A stretch of 64,000 nt of DNA from Octopus vulgaris. Its lineage: Eukaryota. Both the position numbers and the translations under genes were made by a program. The DNA is taken from the NCBI GenBank assembly GCA_951406725.2, contig OX597822.1, forward strand, positions 63,550,001-63,614,000, given 5' to 3'. Each line of letters starts with the position of its first letter. Position 1 is the stretch's first letter. The notes under the pieces were generated by a model. It saw only the letters and a program-made list of their open reading frames with translations. It ran no database searches and had not been told where the DNA came from. Of this stretch, positions 62,668-64,000 are shown piece after piece.

Positions 62668-64000
62668 TTTCAGTTTCTGTCTACCAAAGCTAGTCACAAG
62701 GCTTTGGTAGGCCCAAGGCTGTTGTAGAAGTCACTTGTCCATTGTGTCGCACAGTGGGACTGAAAAAAAACCCACAACCATATCTGCTTCACACAACACA
62801 CATATATATAATAGGTTACTGAACACCACTCTTCTTTGGAGTAAATAGACAGCAAAATGGCCATGGTTAGCATAACAACAATGACAACAACATAACTAAT
62901 GTTTTTCATTGAAGCCTATACTGTAATGACTAAAGAGAGACCATGTCTAGTGATGTATGCACAACTAATTTTCCCACCAATGGGGAAAAAAAATCTAAGT
63001 GTATTCTAGATAAGTAGTGACTATTATACTGTTCTTCTTTAGAATAAAGTGAAAGTGGAGTGACCATGGTTTAAGTAATAACAATAGATACTTGATTGGT
63101 GTTTCAAGTCTAAACCTGCATCTTAATGATGAAAGAGAGACCATATCTAAGAAATATGTTTGTATGTGTAATGTAATGTATATGTAATGTAATGTGTGGG
63201 TACGTATATGTAATGTGGTGGTGATGGTGGTGGTGTGTGTGTGTTTGTGTATATAGTGTATGTGTGTATGTGGTTAAGAAGTTTGCTTCAGAATCCATGG
63301 TTTGGAGATAGAAAGAATTTTCAGCCATAGTAAGATCTGCCTCAACAAGTTTCATTTGACTATACAAGCATGGTGAGGATGATGATGATGATATATCAAT
63401 TAACTTTTAGCACACTTAAGGTGAATCATGTTGCTGTGTTTTCTCCCCTCTCAATGTGACACAATGCAGCTGCAGCTACAGGGGAGAAAACTCATACAAC
63501 GACATTATTTGATTAAGTATGCTAAAGGTTAGGGATATGAAGGCAAGGAAGGTATCTGATCCATTAGGAGTAAAAGCAGAGAAGCTGGAAATGTCTGATG
63601 GAGTTGGGCTTGGGCTAGTCACTTGAAAAGTCATATGGTGGTGCAAAAAGGTTTCAAACCCATTGATTGGTTTGCAGCATCATTGTCAACTGCTATGAGA
63701 GTGAAGGAAATGTATGAAAGAAAGGAAATTACTGACTCAGGTCAGTCATGAGATAAATAAAGCCTTAGTAAGGAAACAAGGAAAAAAAATATTGATACTA
63801 TCAGTGGAATGGTTGTACTTGAAACGCAGAAAAGGTGTAGGTTGAAACTATGAATGCACAAAGTTGTAGAGGAATCACAAGGAGGCTAATAGAGACAGCA
63901 GGCTTAGTATGTGACAGATGCTCAGAAGTAATAAACATTAAAAGTACATTCTAAATAGTTTCTTGAAACTGTGCTGATGGCTCTCAAAGGGTAGTTGATA

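Overview
AT-rich, repeat-saturated animal genomic DNA. It is most likely an Octopus (coleoid cephalopod) intron or intergenic region; this is inferred from recognising the SINE and RTE-LINE families, not from a database search. No intact protein-coding gene, RNA gene or CRISPR array is supportable, and almost all listed ORFs are microsatellite or SINE artefacts. The window contains: more than 20 copies of a tRNA-headed CORE-like SINE with an internal microsatellite (family A); about 20 copies of a second SINE with an (ATT)n tail (family B); a modular set of tRNA-headed SINEs with swapped bodies and tails (D/E); about 14 5'-truncated RTE-LINE 3' ends (one retaining a decayed ORF2 C-terminus); a CR1-group LINE remnant; three mariner remnants; hAT MITEs with 8-bp TSDs; piggyBac-type TTAA MITEs; a non-autonomous Helitron; and a Helentron/HINE-like element. 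Family letters are my own labels. The most notable observations are a 243-bp non-SINE foldback (43042-43284), a LINE-tail/hAT junction copied almost identically 35 kb apart, a filled/empty duplicated site, a DNA-transposon nest at 49.2-52.7 kb, a CpG-rich island of unknown origin and a few weak + strand exon candidates. I found no convincing novel multi-gene system. Coordinates were read by eye; ends without TSDs or TIRs are approximate.
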